Positions 48,199 through 57,793 of a stretch of 57,793 nt of DNA are shown piece after piece. The DNA is from Candidatus Zixiibacteriota bacterium (lineage in GTDB: Bacteria > Zixibacteria > MSB-5A5 > UBA10806 > 4484-95), in assembly GCA_029932605.1 (NCBI GenBank), contig JAOZPT010000007.1:355-58147 (forward strand), read 5' to 3'. Below the pieces are notes generated by a model that searched no databases, was not told the origin of the DNA, and saw nothing but the letters and a program-made list of their open reading frames with translations. Position numbers and translations under genes: made by a program. Each line of letters opens with the position of its first letter. The stretch's first letter is position 1.

Positions 48199-48465
48199 TA
48201 ATCCCAGATAATCCTAATTTGTCCTGATTCAAGTGTATCTGAAGCGAACTGACCGAGTCCATTTCTTTAAAACATTTCAATCAGTTTGTGACATAATCTC
48301 CGGAGCGGCTTTTCATATTATCGTATTGTTGACGCAGGGGAAGAATGTTGTAATTTTTTAACTGATGTTTATATCATATCTGACGAAGTAAGTATTTTCA
48401 TAGAAATGTTACATTTTTACCCCGCCGATTGCAGGAATAAAATAAAACAGGACTTTTATGAAAAT

Positions 48466-48482
48466 TTAATACAACTCTAACA
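48466..48482 (+). promoter_or_regulatory. Pho box-like direct repeat upstream of phoB
   Basis: TTAATA (48466) and CTAACA (48477), 11-bp period. Confidence 0.55.
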
Positions 48483-48506
48483 AATAATATGATATTATAT
48501 AATATT

Positions 48507-49199
48507 ATGTTTGCCAACAAAGCAAGAATATTGATCGTTGAGGACGACAGAGACATTGTTGAATTGATTGAGTATAACCTTCGCAAAGAGGGTTATCAGG
48601 TTGTCACAGCAACATCGGGCGAAGAAGGGCTTGAAGCTGCAAAATCGGAAAAACCTGATATGGCGCTTCTTGATTTAATGCTGCCGGGCATTGATGGGTT
48701 AGAAGTATGCAAAATCCTTAAGACTAATCCTACAACAGCTAATATTCAAATAATAATAGTATCTGCAAAAGGCGAGGAGTCGGATGTCGTTACCGGTTTA
48801 GAACTTGGTGCTGATGATTATATTATCAAGCCTTTCAGTCCAAAAATCCTGATTGCTCGAATCAGGGCATGCCTTCGCCGAAAAAAACAACAGCTTGTTG
48901 ACCAAAAATCAGTGATAAAAATCGAAGACCTTGTTATTCATCCAGGCCGCCATGAGGTCTTAATTAATAACATAACCATCCCTTTAACACTTTCCGAATT
49001 CCGACTTCTGCATTTTCTAGCCAGCCGTCCAGGGTGGGTATTCACCCGTTACCAGATTGTTGAAGCTATCCGCGGTGATGACTATATTGTCACAGACCGC
49101 ACTGTGGATGTGCAGGTTGTCGGGCTCAGGAAAAAACTTGGCAAATATAGTAAATATATTGAAACTGTCCGAGGCATTGGTTACAGGTTCAAGGAATAA
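48507..49199 (+). CDS. phoB: OmpR-family response regulator PhoB/PhoP
   Basis: ILIVEDD, LDLMLP, GADDYIIKPFS, RTVDV, ETVRGIGY; upstream of phoR and pst. Confidence 0.9.
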   Translation: MFANKARILIVEDDRDIVELIEYNLRKEGYQVVTATSGEEGLEAAKSEKPDMALLDLMLPGIDGLEVCKILKTNPTTANIQIIIVSAKGEESDVVTGLELGADDYIIKPFSPKILIARIRACLRRKKQQLVDQKSVIKIEDLVIHPGRHEVLINNITIPLTLSEFRLLHFLASRPGWVFTRYQIVEAIRGDDYIVTDRTVDVQVVGLRKKLGKYSKYIETVRGIGYRFKE

Positions 49200-49201
49200 C
49201 T

Positions 49202-50974
49202 ATGAAAAAAAGGCCGCTAATATGGCAGCTTTTTCCAGCTCTTTGGCTTATAACAATCCTGTCGCTTCTGGCTATCACAATTTATTTCTCGCATACATTT
49301 AAAGAGTTCTATCTTGATAAAACAGCTAAAGACCTGCAGATAAGAGCTATTTTGATTAAAGATCAAATACCTGCTTTAATAGTTAATGGCAATTATAAAG
49401 ATATAGATTTGCTATGTAAACAGCTTGGTGAGGAGACCGATACAAGAATTACTATAATTTTGCCATCAGGTAAAGTCATTGGCGATTCGTATGAAGATCC
49501 GGAAGCAATGGATAATCATGCTCATCGAACTGAAATAGTTTCTGCCTTAGCCGGTGATATTGGCATCTCAACCCGATACAGCTATACGCTTCACAAAAAC
49601 CTTATGTATGTTGCAATACCTATTATTGAGAATAATGATATAACTGCTGTTGTTCGCGTATCTATTCCAATATCAGCCATTAATAAGGCTTTAGATAAGA
49701 TATATATCAAAGTAACGCTCGGTGGATTAGCGGTTGCAATTTTTATCATCGCCGCAAGTATTTATACTTCTCGTCGTGTCAGTATGCCTATAAAGCAAAT
49801 GGGGAAAATTGCCCAACAGTTTGCTAAAGGGAAACTATCGCAGCGTATCCCAGAACATAGCTCTATGGAAATAGATGAGCTTTCAGATGTTATGAACCAA
49901 ATGGCGAAACAGCTTGATTACAGAATTCAAACGGTAGTGAGACAACGAAACGAACAAGAGGCTATACTATCCAGCATGGTCGAGGGGGTTCTGGCGGTGG
50001 ATTTAGACGAAAGGATTATTAATATAAACAAGGCAGCGGAACATATGCTAGGTGTAAGCGGAGATATATCCAAGGGACGTTATGTACATGAAGTTGTCCG
50101 AAATACACACCTGCATGAATTCATTAAGAAAGCACTTTTAGAAACGCGTCCTTTAGAAGATGAATTAATCTTGCATAACGACAACCAGAAATTTATTCGA
50201 GCTCATGGCTCTGTTCTACACGATGCAGGGAAGAAACATATTGGAGCAGTAATCGTGTTAAACGATATTACGCGATTACGACAACTTGAAAACATGCGTC
50301 GCGATTTTGTCGCTAACGTGTCTCACGAGCTCAAAACCCCCATCACCTCGATCAAGGGTTTTGTTGAAACACTCATCGACGGAGCCATTAACGAGCCGAA
50401 AAAAGCAGATCGATTTCTGAAAATAATCGTTAAACATACTGACCGCTTGAATGCGATAATTGAAGACCTGCTAAAGTTATCGAGAATTGAACAGGAATAC
50501 GAAAAGGCCGAGATCGAGTTTAAAGATGAATATCTAAAAGAAACACTTAAGGCGAGCATTCTGTTTTGCGAGGCTGTTGCTCGGGCGAAAGATATCAATA
50601 TCGAACTTGTTTGCAGAAATGATCTTCAGGCAAAAATCAATCCCGATATATTCCAGCAGGCTGTTATAAATCTAATCGATAATGCGATCAAATACAGTCC
50701 GGCGGGCAATACCGTGACTGTGGAAGTAGTTGTTAAATATAATGAACTTGTAATCAATGTTATTGATAGAGGTTGTGGAATATCAAAAGAACATCTGCCG
50801 CGCCTTTTTGAACGATTCTACAGGGTTAATAAAGAGAGAAGCCGCAAGCTTGGCGGAACCGGTTTAGGTTTGGCTATTGTAAAACATATCGCTATTGCCC
50901 ATGGCGGCAGTGTCAGCGTTGAAAGCGCTCCCGGAAAGGGCAGTACGTTTGCAATCCATCTCCCGAAAACCTGA
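49202..50974 (+). CDS. phoR: Phosphate regulon sensor kinase PhoR
   Basis: Two TMs, MDNH..RTE sensor, HAMP, PAS, FVANVSHELKTP, FERFYRV, GGTGLGLAIVKH. Confidence 0.92.
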   Translation: MKKRPLIWQLFPALWLITILSLLAITIYFSHTFKEFYLDKTAKDLQIRAILIKDQIPALIVNGNYKDIDLLCKQLGEETDTRITIILPSGKVIGDSYEDPEAMDNHAHRTEIVSALAGDIGISTRYSYTLHKNLMYVAIPIIENNDITAVVRVSIPISAINKALDKIYIKVTLGGLAVAIFIIAASIYTSRRVSMPIKQMGKIAQQFAKGKLSQRIPEHSSMEIDELSDVMNQMAKQLDYRIQTVVRQRNEQEAILSSMVEGVLAVDLDERIININKAAEHMLGVSGDISKGRYVHEVVRNTHLHEFIKKALLETRPLEDELILHNDNQKFIRAHGSVLHDAGKKHIGAVIVLNDITRLRQLENMRRDFVANVSHELKTPITSIKGFVETLIDGAINEPKKADRFLKIIVKHTDRLNAIIEDLLKLSRIEQEYEKAEIEFKDEYLKETLKASILFCEAVARAKDINIELVCRNDLQAKINPDIFQQAVINLIDNAIKYSPAGNTVTVEVVVKYNELVINVIDRGCGISKEHLPRLFERFYRVNKERSRKLGGTGLGLAIVKHIAIAHGGSVSVESAPGKGSTFAIHLPKT

Positions 50975-50987
50975 TCGTTTTATAAAT

Positions 50988-51048
50988 TTCACAAAGTTCT
51001 AACAATTCTCTTATATGAACCTAGCACATTTTAAATTAGATACTAACA
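50988..51048 (+). promoter_or_regulatory. Extended Pho box array
   Basis: TTCACA, CTAACA, CTTATA, CTAGCA, TAAATT, CTAACA at 50988, 50999, 51010, 51021, 51032, 51043 (exact 11-bp phase). Confidence 0.6.
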
Positions 51049-51049
51049 A

Positions 51050-51274
51050 ATGGAATTGTCAGTTTTGACACTGGATTTGTATGCGAACCCGGCACTTCTG
51101 TTGCTGGCCGTTCTATGGCTCTACGGGGTGAAGGTTTTTTTAAAATGGCGTACAAAATCGCTATTACAAAAAGGAGGTAAGCCTGATGAAATCTTGAGCG
51201 ATTGTGCACTTTGGGTCTTTATCAAAGGCAGTATACTAATATTCTTGGTATTAATTTTTATAGTGTTTGTCTAA
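51050..51274 (+). CDS. Possible small two-TM membrane protein
   Basis: 74-aa ORF with two hydrophobic stretches between phoR and the porin; no recognised family. Confidence 0.35.
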   Translation: MELSVLTLDLYANPALLLLAVLWLYGVKVFLKWRTKSLLQKGGKPDEILSDCALWVFIKGSILIFLVLIFIVFV

Positions 51275-51287
51275 AAACGGAGAAAAA

Positions 51288-52379
51288 ATGAGAAGAATTT
51301 GCTTGTATTTAACTATTGGGCTATTCTTTGTAGCACCTGCTAACGCCCAACATTCATCCTGGACTGAAAATGTTAAGTTTAAAGGCGATTTCAGGTATCG
51401 TCACGAGATGATTGATAAAGAGGGTAAAGATACACGCAACAGACACAGGATTCGAGCGCGATTTGAAGTACTGGCAAATGTAAACCAGACAACAAAAGTC
51501 GGTTTGCAGCTGGCAACCGGCTCTGATAACCCTGTGTCCACTAATCAGACTTTAGACAACAGTTTTTCTACAAAAAATTTGATGCTGGATCTGGCTTACC
51601 TTGAAATGAAACTGCAGACAATTGAAGGTTTGTCAATTAAAGGAGGAAAATTCAAAAATCCATTTTTCAAGCCGGGCAAATCGGAGCTGATATGGGATTC
51701 TGATTATAACCCCGAAGGTGGTGTCGCCGCTTTTAGAAGGGATTTGCATAATATCTCTATTACTGTCATAACGGCGGGGTTTTGGATAGAAGAACGTTCG
51801 TCGGATGATGATTCATGGATGGTTGCTGGCCAGTGTTTACTTAAATATAATTTAAATGATATAAAATCCAGTATCACTGCTGGAGCCAGCTTCTTTAATT
51901 ATGTAAACACAATTGGCTTTGAACCCTTCTTTGACGCCCACGATCCAGCGGGCAACACTGTAGATACTGCGGGTTTATATGTTAATGACTATGAGCTTGT
52001 CGAATTATTTACCGAGGCCACCCATAAGCTGGGTAATATACCGGTTGTGCTGATGGGTGATTATGTCACAAATACTTCCGCTGATAATGATTGCAATGGC
52101 TGGCTAATTGGTATTAGTGTCGGCAAAGTGAAAAAACCTGGTTCATGGTCTTGCCGTTATATCTACCGGGAGCTTGGAAAGGATGCTGTGGTAGGTATGT
52201 TTACCGATTCCGATTTCCGCGGTGGCGGTACTGACGCCAAAGGGCATGAAATTGGCGGCGCTTTTCAAATCGCTAAAAATAACGCACTTAAATTGACATA
52301 TTTCATGAATAAAATTGGCTTGGATCAGAATGAATCCGATTTTAAACGACTGCAGGTCGATTTACAGTTGAAATTCTGA
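51288..52379 (+). CDS. Putative phosphate porin (outer-membrane beta-barrel)
   Basis: Signal peptide MRRICLYL..ANA; GDFRYRHE, RHRIRAR, STNQTL; C-terminal QVDLQLKF; location in pho locus. Confidence 0.8.
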   Translation: MRRICLYLTIGLFFVAPANAQHSSWTENVKFKGDFRYRHEMIDKEGKDTRNRHRIRARFEVLANVNQTTKVGLQLATGSDNPVSTNQTLDNSFSTKNLMLDLAYLEMKLQTIEGLSIKGGKFKNPFFKPGKSELIWDSDYNPEGGVAAFRRDLHNISITVITAGFWIEERSSDDDSWMVAGQCLLKYNLNDIKSSITAGASFFNYVNTIGFEPFFDAHDPAGNTVDTAGLYVNDYELVELFTEATHKLGNIPVVLMGDYVTNTSADNDCNGWLIGISVGKVKKPGSWSCRYIYRELGKDAVVGMFTDSDFRGGGTDAKGHEIGGAFQIAKNNALKLTYFMNKIGLDQNESDFKRLQVDLQLKF

Positions 52380-52404
52380 TATTTTAGATAAAAATAATGG
52401 ATTC

Positions 52405-52421
52405 TTAACAATTCCCTAACA
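52405..52421 (+). promoter_or_regulatory. Pho box upstream of pstS
   Basis: TTAACA-attcc-CTAACA, 11-bp period. Confidence 0.7.
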
Positions 52422-52463
52422 TTTAAATGGTAATCTAAAATAAAACTTTGAAAGGAGAGTCCA

Positions 52464-53315
52464 ATGAGAAGAATCTTAGTCATTACAACGGTGTTTTTTA
52501 TCATCGCTGGTCTGGTTGCCGGTGGAAGCAGCATAACTATCAAGGGTTCCGATACCCTCGTCCGCTTAGGTCAAAGGTGGGCTGAAGAATATATGAAAAA
52601 CAATAAAGGTGTTGTTATACAGGTCTCCGGCGGCGGGTCTGGAACCGGGATTGCTGCTCTGCTTAATGGAACAACTGATATTTGTCAGGCCTCACGTGAC
52701 ATGAAGGAAAAGGAATACAAGCTCGCCGCTCAAAAGGGTATCGATGTTTATAGAGTCTCGGTTGCCCTTGATGGAATCGCTGTCTTTTTGCATGAAGATA
52801 ACCCCGTGGATGAGTTGAGCTTTTCTCAGCTCAAGGGAATGTTCACCGGCGCCATTACAAACTGGAATGAGGTTGGAGGTCCCGACCACAGGATTATTCT
52901 TTACGGCCGTGAAAACAACTCCGGAACTTATGCATTCTTTAAAAAGAAAGTCCTGAATAAAGAAGATTACTCAGACTATACCCAAACGCTTCCCGGCACT
53001 GCCGCTGTTGTTAATGCAGTATCCAAGGATAAATATGGTATCGGCTATGGCGGTATAGCCTGGGCTAAAGGTGTGAAGTTTGCCGCGGTGAGAAAAGATA
53101 ACAATAGTCAGGCAGTCATGCCATCGCTTGAAACGGTTTCCAATGGAACATATCCCATCTCCCGCGAGCTTTACTGGTTTTTTAATGGCGCTCCAAAAGG
53201 CGAGATAAAAAAGCTGGTTAACTGGGCTCTTTCTGCTGAGGGACAAAAAATTGCTGAAGAGATTGATTATGTTCCTCTGCCGAAGGAATTAGCTTTGAAA
53301 AATGAAGTTAAATAA
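52464..53315 (+). CDS. pstS: Phosphate ABC transporter substrate-binding protein
   Basis: KGSDT, GGSGTG, ASR, GRENNSGT, YPISREL. Confidence 0.95.
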   Translation: MRRILVITTVFFIIAGLVAGGSSITIKGSDTLVRLGQRWAEEYMKNNKGVVIQVSGGGSGTGIAALLNGTTDICQASRDMKEKEYKLAAQKGIDVYRVSVALDGIAVFLHEDNPVDELSFSQLKGMFTGAITNWNEVGGPDHRIILYGRENNSGTYAFFKKKVLNKEDYSDYTQTLPGTAAVVNAVSKDKYGIGYGGIAWAKGVKFAAVRKDNNSQAVMPSLETVSNGTYPISRELYWFFNGAPKGEIKKLVNWALSAEGQKIAEEIDYVPLPKELALKNEVK

Positions 53316-53402
53316 GTCAGCTCGATAGCTGGCGGGTGTGAACACCGGTGGCATCAGACTAAGGCGGATTCGTTTGCCAACCGGTGCACGAGGACGTACA
53401 CC
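53316..53402 (+). other. Structured pstS-pstC intergenic RNA
   Basis: Stems gtcagct/agctggc, ggtgt/acacc and caccggtggca/tgccaaccggtg. Confidence 0.5.
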
Positions 53403-53430
53403 ATCCACAATATCGATAAACGTTAAATTG

Positions 53431-54387
53431 ATGGAAAAATACAGATTTAAACAGAAATCCAGGGCAGTTGAATTCTTAGGTGAAAAGTTTATCGCCCTGA
53501 ACGCCTTTATCGCAATAATCGCAGTTCTGCTAATTTTTATCTTCATCTTTAAAGAATCAATCCCGATTTTCACCAGTTCCGATGTACAAAAGGAAGCCAG
53601 CCTTAATAAGATGATGATTAAGCAGGTATATTATGAGGGTCGGGATGCAAAATGGTCATGGCAGCCTAATTCAGATGTGCCTAAGTATTCGTTATTACCG
53701 TTATTTATCGGTACTCTTAAGGCGGCAATTATAGCGATGCTGGTAGCTATACCGTTGGGTGTTGGTGCGGCGATATACTCCTCTGAGTTTTCGTCAAAGC
53801 ATATTCGAGAGATAATCAAACCTGCCATTGAGCTTTTTGCAGGAATCCCCTCTGTTGTACTTGGGTTTTTCGCGCTGATGATTTTAGCCACGCCCCTCCA
53901 GAAAATATTGGGATCCACATTCAGACTAAATGCAATCAATGCCGGTATTGCACTTGGTTTTGCGGTAATCCCTATCATATTCTCAATAGCTGAGGATGCT
54001 TTGACCTCCGTTCCTAGGTCATTGCGTGAGGCTGCATTGGCGCTTGGAGCTAGCCAATGGCAGGTCTCTCTTACCATGGTTTTACCTGCCGCCTTGCCCG
54101 GAATCGTCGCAGGCATCGTGCTTGGTTTTGGCCGGGCTATAGGCGAAACGATGATTGTATTGATGGCTTCAGGCAATGCCGCTATTATTTCAGGTAGTCT
54201 GACTGATTCTGTTAGAACATTTTCGGCAACTATAGCCGCTGAGCTGGCGGAGGTGGTATATGGAAGCACACACTACAACGTTTTATTTTTCATCGGAACG
54301 CTGTTGTTTATTTTTACGTTTGCAATAAACCTTTGTGGTGAATTTGTACTGGTAAAGTTAAAAACCAGGCTTCAGGGTGAATATTGA
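53431..54387 (+). CDS. pstC: Phosphate ABC permease PstC
   Basis: IPSVVLG, REAALALGA, RAIGETM; start taken as ATG 53431 (MEKYRF). Confidence 0.93.
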   Translation: MEKYRFKQKSRAVEFLGEKFIALNAFIAIIAVLLIFIFIFKESIPIFTSSDVQKEASLNKMMIKQVYYEGRDAKWSWQPNSDVPKYSLLPLFIGTLKAAIIAMLVAIPLGVGAAIYSSEFSSKHIREIIKPAIELFAGIPSVVLGFFALMILATPLQKILGSTFRLNAINAGIALGFAVIPIIFSIAEDALTSVPRSLREAALALGASQWQVSLTMVLPAALPGIVAGIVLGFGRAIGETMIVLMASGNAAIISGSLTDSVRTFSATIAAELAEVVYGSTHYNVLFFIGTLLFIFTFAINLCGEFVLVKLKTRLQGEY

Positions 54388-55349
54388 TGAAAACTACTGC
54401 AGAAAAAGAGATAACAGAGGTTACAACAGATTCTATATCATATAGGTTTAAAGTTAAATCGAGCGGCCTTGTTCCGCGAAGTTTAGCTCTTCTGGCTGTG
54501 ATAATTATAATAGCGATTTTAGCTGTTATTATGTTTAATATCTTTTTAGATGGTATCGGCATAATAAGCTGGGGATTTTTAACCCAGCCTCCCCAGCAGG
54601 GTATGGAAGCTGGTGGTATTTTCCCGGCAATATTCGGGACCGTTGCCCTGGTGATTCTAATGACTGTAGCCGTATTGCCGATCGGGGTGCTTTCGGCTAT
54701 TTACCTTCATGAATATACATCACCCAACTCAAAGATTACTCGTCTGATAAAAATAGCAATCAATAACCTGGCAGGAGTGCCTTCAATAGTTTTCGGACTG
54801 TTTGGTCTTGGTTTTTTTATTGGCTTCATAGGTACGGGGATTGATTCCGTCTTTTTAGAGGGCAATCGCCCTGTATGGGGTCAGCCGGCGATAATCTGGG
54901 CGGCATTGACACTTTCGCTTTTAACTCTGCCGGTAGTAATTATCTCTACCGAGGAGGCGCTGAGAACCATCCCCCCGGAATTGAAAGATGCAAGTTATGC
55001 GCTTGGCGCTACAAAACTCCAGACCATCAGAAGGATTATCATACCTCAGGCAATGCCGGGTATTTTAACTGGGGCAATTTTATCAATCAGCCGAGGCGCA
55101 GGTGAGGTTGCGCCTATAATGTTCACTGGAGCCGCATATTATCTACCCTATTTGCCTATTAAGCTTAACGACCAGTTTATGGAATTAGGATATCACATTT
55201 ATGTTATGGCTACCCAGTCGCCCGATGTTGAAAAAACAAAACCGATCCTATTTGGAACGGTGCTGGTTCTTCTGGTGTTGACGTTTTTGTTGAATTTTAC
55301 CGCTATTTTTATCAGGTCGAAAATGAGGAGAAGGCAGATAAGTGCCTGA
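54384..55349 (+). CDS. pstA: Phosphate ABC permease PstA
   Basis: [27 protein letters not shown]. Confidence 0.93.
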   Translation: MMKTTAEKEITEVTTDSISYRFKVKSSGLVPRSLALLAVIIIIAILAVIMFNIFLDGIGIISWGFLTQPPQQGMEAGGIFPAIFGTVALVILMTVAVLPIGVLSAIYLHEYTSPNSKITRLIKIAINNLAGVPSIVFGLFGLGFFIGFIGTGIDSVFLEGNRPVWGQPAIIWAALTLSLLTLPVVIISTEEALRTIPPELKDASYALGATKLQTIRRIIIPQAMPGILTGAILSISRGAGEVAPIMFTGAAYYLPYLPIKLNDQFMELGYHIYVMATQSPDVEKTKPILFGTVLVLLVLTFLLNFTAIFIRSKMRRRQISA

Positions 55350-56169
55350 AAATAAAATCAACATAGAGACTGAGGATACCATAGCAGAAGCAAAGTCTTT
55401 GCTTGCAGATAAAGATAATTTGAAAATGAGTGCTCGAAATCTCAATTTCTATTATGGGGAAAACCAGGCTTTATATAATGTTTCTCTGGATATTGAAAAG
55501 AACAAGGTTACCGCATTAATTGGTCCCTCAGGCTGTGGCAAATCAACATTTTTACGCACTCTTAACAGGATGAATGAAACCATTCCCGGAACCAGTCTTG
55601 AGGGTACAGTCACTCTTGATGGTATTGATATCTACCGGGATATAAAAGATGTTGCGACCCTAAGAACAAAAGTCGGTATGGTGTTCCAAAAGTCGAATCC
55701 CTTTCCTAAATCGGTGTTTGAAAATGTTGCCTATGGTCTAAAGGTAAATGGAATTACTGATAAGAATCTTATCCTCGAGGCGGTAGAAGAAACTTTGAAG
55801 AAAGCCTATCTATGGGAGGAGGTTAAAGATATACTGAATAAAAACGCTTATACGTTATCTGGTGGTCAACAACAGCGATTATGCATCGCCAGGGCGCTGG
55901 CGGTCAGACCGGATGTTTTACTGATGGATGAACCGGCATCAGCTCTCGATCCAATCTCAACAAGCAAGATTGAGGATTTAATTGGAGAATTAAAGCAAAA
56001 TTATACCATTGTCATAGTGACCCACAATATGCAGCAGGCTGCCCGAATTTCTGATTATACTGCTTTTTTCTACCAGGGCGATTTGATAGAATTCGGTTCG
56101 ACTAAGAATGTTTTCACAAAGCCCTTAAAGAAAAAAACCGAGGATTATGTTACCGGTCGGTTTGGCTAA
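55342..56169 (+). CDS. pstB: Phosphate ABC ATPase PstB
   Basis: [37 protein letters not shown]. Confidence 0.96.
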   Translation: MPENKINIETEDTIAEAKSLLADKDNLKMSARNLNFYYGENQALYNVSLDIEKNKVTALIGPSGCGKSTFLRTLNRMNETIPGTSLEGTVTLDGIDIYRDIKDVATLRTKVGMVFQKSNPFPKSVFENVAYGLKVNGITDKNLILEAVEETLKKAYLWEEVKDILNKNAYTLSGGQQQRLCIARALAVRPDVLLMDEPASALDPISTSKIEDLIGELKQNYTIVIVTHNMQQAARISDYTAFFYQGDLIEFGSTKNVFTKPLKKKTEDYVTGRFG

Positions 56170-56185
56170 ATGGAATGAGGAAGAA

Positions 56186-56851
56186 ATGACTAAACATTTA
56201 CATATGGAAATTGAAAAACTGAAAAAAAAGATTTTATCGTTAAGCGCAACTGTTGAGGAAAGCGTTAAAAAAGCTGTGGAATCGGTTGAGGATAGGAATA
56301 CTGAATTGGCGCAGAAAGTTATTGAAGGGGATTTGAAGATAGACAAGGCTGAGGTTGAATTGGAAGAAGATTGCCTGAAAATCCTGGCTCTTCATCAACC
56401 GGTCGCAATCGATTTGCGGTTTATAATCACCGTGTTGAAAATCAATAATGATTTGGAGCGGATTGGAGATGAGGCGGCAAATATCGCTGAACGCACTAAG
56501 ACTCTGTCAGCTCAGGGAATATATAAAATTCCCGTGGATCTTAATGGAATGGCTGAAAAGGTTGAACATATGCTGAAAATGAGTTTGGATTCGCTTGTAC
56601 AGCTTGATTCAAACATGGCCCGTAAGGTTCGTTTATCGGACGATGAAGTGGATAATCTTTATGCGGAAATTCACGATGTTGTCAAAGCCGAAATCAAGAG
56701 TCGCCCTGAAGAGATAGAATACTTTATACAAATACTTGGTACAGCACGGCATCTCGAACGAATTGCCGACCACGCGACCAATATTGCCGAAGATGTTATA
56801 TATATGATCGAGGGAATTATTATCCGTCACCAAACGGGGAATTTCAATTAA
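56186..56851 (+). CDS. phoU: Phosphate signalling regulator PhoU
   Basis: QPVAIDLR, DLERIGD, LERIADHATNIAE; start taken as ATG 56186. Confidence 0.95.
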   Translation: MTKHLHMEIEKLKKKILSLSATVEESVKKAVESVEDRNTELAQKVIEGDLKIDKAEVELEEDCLKILALHQPVAIDLRFIITVLKINNDLERIGDEAANIAERTKTLSAQGIYKIPVDLNGMAEKVEHMLKMSLDSLVQLDSNMARKVRLSDDEVDNLYAEIHDVVKAEIKSRPEEIEYFIQILGTARHLERIADHATNIAEDVIYMIEGIIIRHQTGNFN

Positions 56852-56996
56852 ATTTCTAAGATAACCATGGTGAAAATCTTTTGGTTTTTAAGATGATACT
56901 CAATGGTTATTAAGACTAATAATATCAATATTTCAGGATATTGTGCATTAGTTGGGGTTATTAACATTTACAAGGATTTGTTTTGCCCCCTTGGAA

Positions 56997-57122
56997 CTTA
57001 ATAAGATGACCGAAGGTTATCCTGAAACAAGACTGTCGAAGATTGACGAAATCTTTCTTTTAACAGTTCGCTATGAGTACCTGTTCTGGGAAATGGCGTA
57101 TTGTAAATTGGATTGGATATAA
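56997..57122 (+). pseudogene. tenA: C-terminal remnant of a TenA (thiaminase II) family gene
   Basis: Translation LNKMTEGYPETRLSKIDEIFLLTVRYEYLFWEMAYCKLDWI* matches the TenA C-terminal helix F....RYEY.FWDMAY; not in the ORF track. Confidence 0.65.
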
Positions 57123-57293
57123 TCGGTCTTTTGAGCTACTGGTAATATTTTTTCAAAGAACGAGATTTCAGGCTTTACTGTTTTGGCTTCCATTATTTCT
57201 CCTTTTACCGGATATTACTTCCAACGCTACTTTTTTAACATAGCCTCTTAAATGCCCGATTTAAAAGGAACCAGCAAGGATAACAAAAAACTG

Positions 57294-57332
57294 TTAACAT
57301 AATTTTTGTATAAAATCAATACAATTCTAACG
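57294..57332 (+). promoter_or_regulatory. Pho box-like repeats upstream of the second phoB copy
   Basis: TTAACA (57294), TCAATA (57316), CTAACG (57327) in 11-bp phase; homologous to the phoB upstream sequence. Confidence 0.5.
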
Positions 57333-57348
57333 AATATAATTTCTTTTA

Positions 57349-57793
57349 TTGTTTATGACCAAAGCTAAAATTCCAATTATTGAGGACGATGAAGATGTCC
57401 AGGAACTGCTCAAATTCAACCTCTTAAGGGAAGGGTATGAAACTTTAAGCGCCTTTACGGGCGAGGAATGTCTTAAACTTGCGAAAGCGGAGAAGCCTAA
57501 CTTAATACTTCTTGATCTTATGCCACTAGGAATTGACGGGTTGGAAATATGTAGGTTCATCAAGGGCGATTTTTTTTAAGTCATATACCGATGATAATGG
57601 TCACAGCAAAAAGCGAAGAATCCGATATTGTAGTTGGTCTTGAGCTCGGTGCTGATGATTATCTAACCAAGCCATTCAGCCCAAAAGTACTGCTTTCTAG
57701 AATCCGTGTCTGTTTACGTAGAATGATTCAAAAACCTGCGGATAAAAGCTTAATGATAACAATTGGTGAACTGGTAATTAACCCAGGTTATCA
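57349..57793 (+). pseudogene. Second phoB-like response regulator, frameshifted in a T8 run; continues off the window
   Basis: Adding one T at 57570-57577 restores [40 protein letters not shown], paralogous to 48507-49199. Confidence 0.8.

Noticed and set aside
53631-54269. 212-aa minus-strand ORF
   Set aside because: Antisense shadow of pstC.
1-57793. CRISPR arrays, tRNA/rRNA genes, integrases, transposases, defence systems
   Set aside because: None recognised by eye; a short RNA gene could have been missed without a covariance search.

Overview
Bacterial chromosomal window with standard genetic code; many genes end in TGA. The mix of NYPNPFN/FlgD-type (T9SS-like) C-terminal domains, IPTL-CTERM proteins, a mevalonate pathway and an octaheme cytochrome suggests an FCB-group anaerobe such as a Zixibacteria-like lineage (inference). 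In order it holds: a peptidoglycan stem-peptide degradation operon (lysA, alr, NlpC/P60, C39-like peptidase, LD-carboxypeptidase, Ala-Glu epimerase, amidase); a sugar ABC transporter; a TagF-like transferase with a cytidylyltransferase; a mevalonate operon with an HMG-CoA reductase-mevalonate kinase fusion; an octaheme HAO-family cytochrome; housekeeping genes (SLC13, CDF, pgsA-pgpA-cinA, glmM-glmS); a hybrid sensor kinase; four secreted Cys-nucleophile enzymes; and a complete phoBR-porin-pstSCAB-phoU locus. The best hidden signal is a secreted thioredoxin-TPR selenoprotein (19222-20397, minus) that the ORF track truncates. It has an in-frame TGA in a W-U-N-T-C motif followed by a SECIS-like hairpin, and lies directly downstream of the octaheme cytochrome. 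Other points of interest are a RelA zinc-finger/DUF2250 fusion, a Myb-like triple-repeat protein coupled to glmS, a conserved leader shared by two proteases, an 11-bp-phased YTAACA Pho box, and three gene remnants (nuoF-like, tenA, frameshifted phoB copy).
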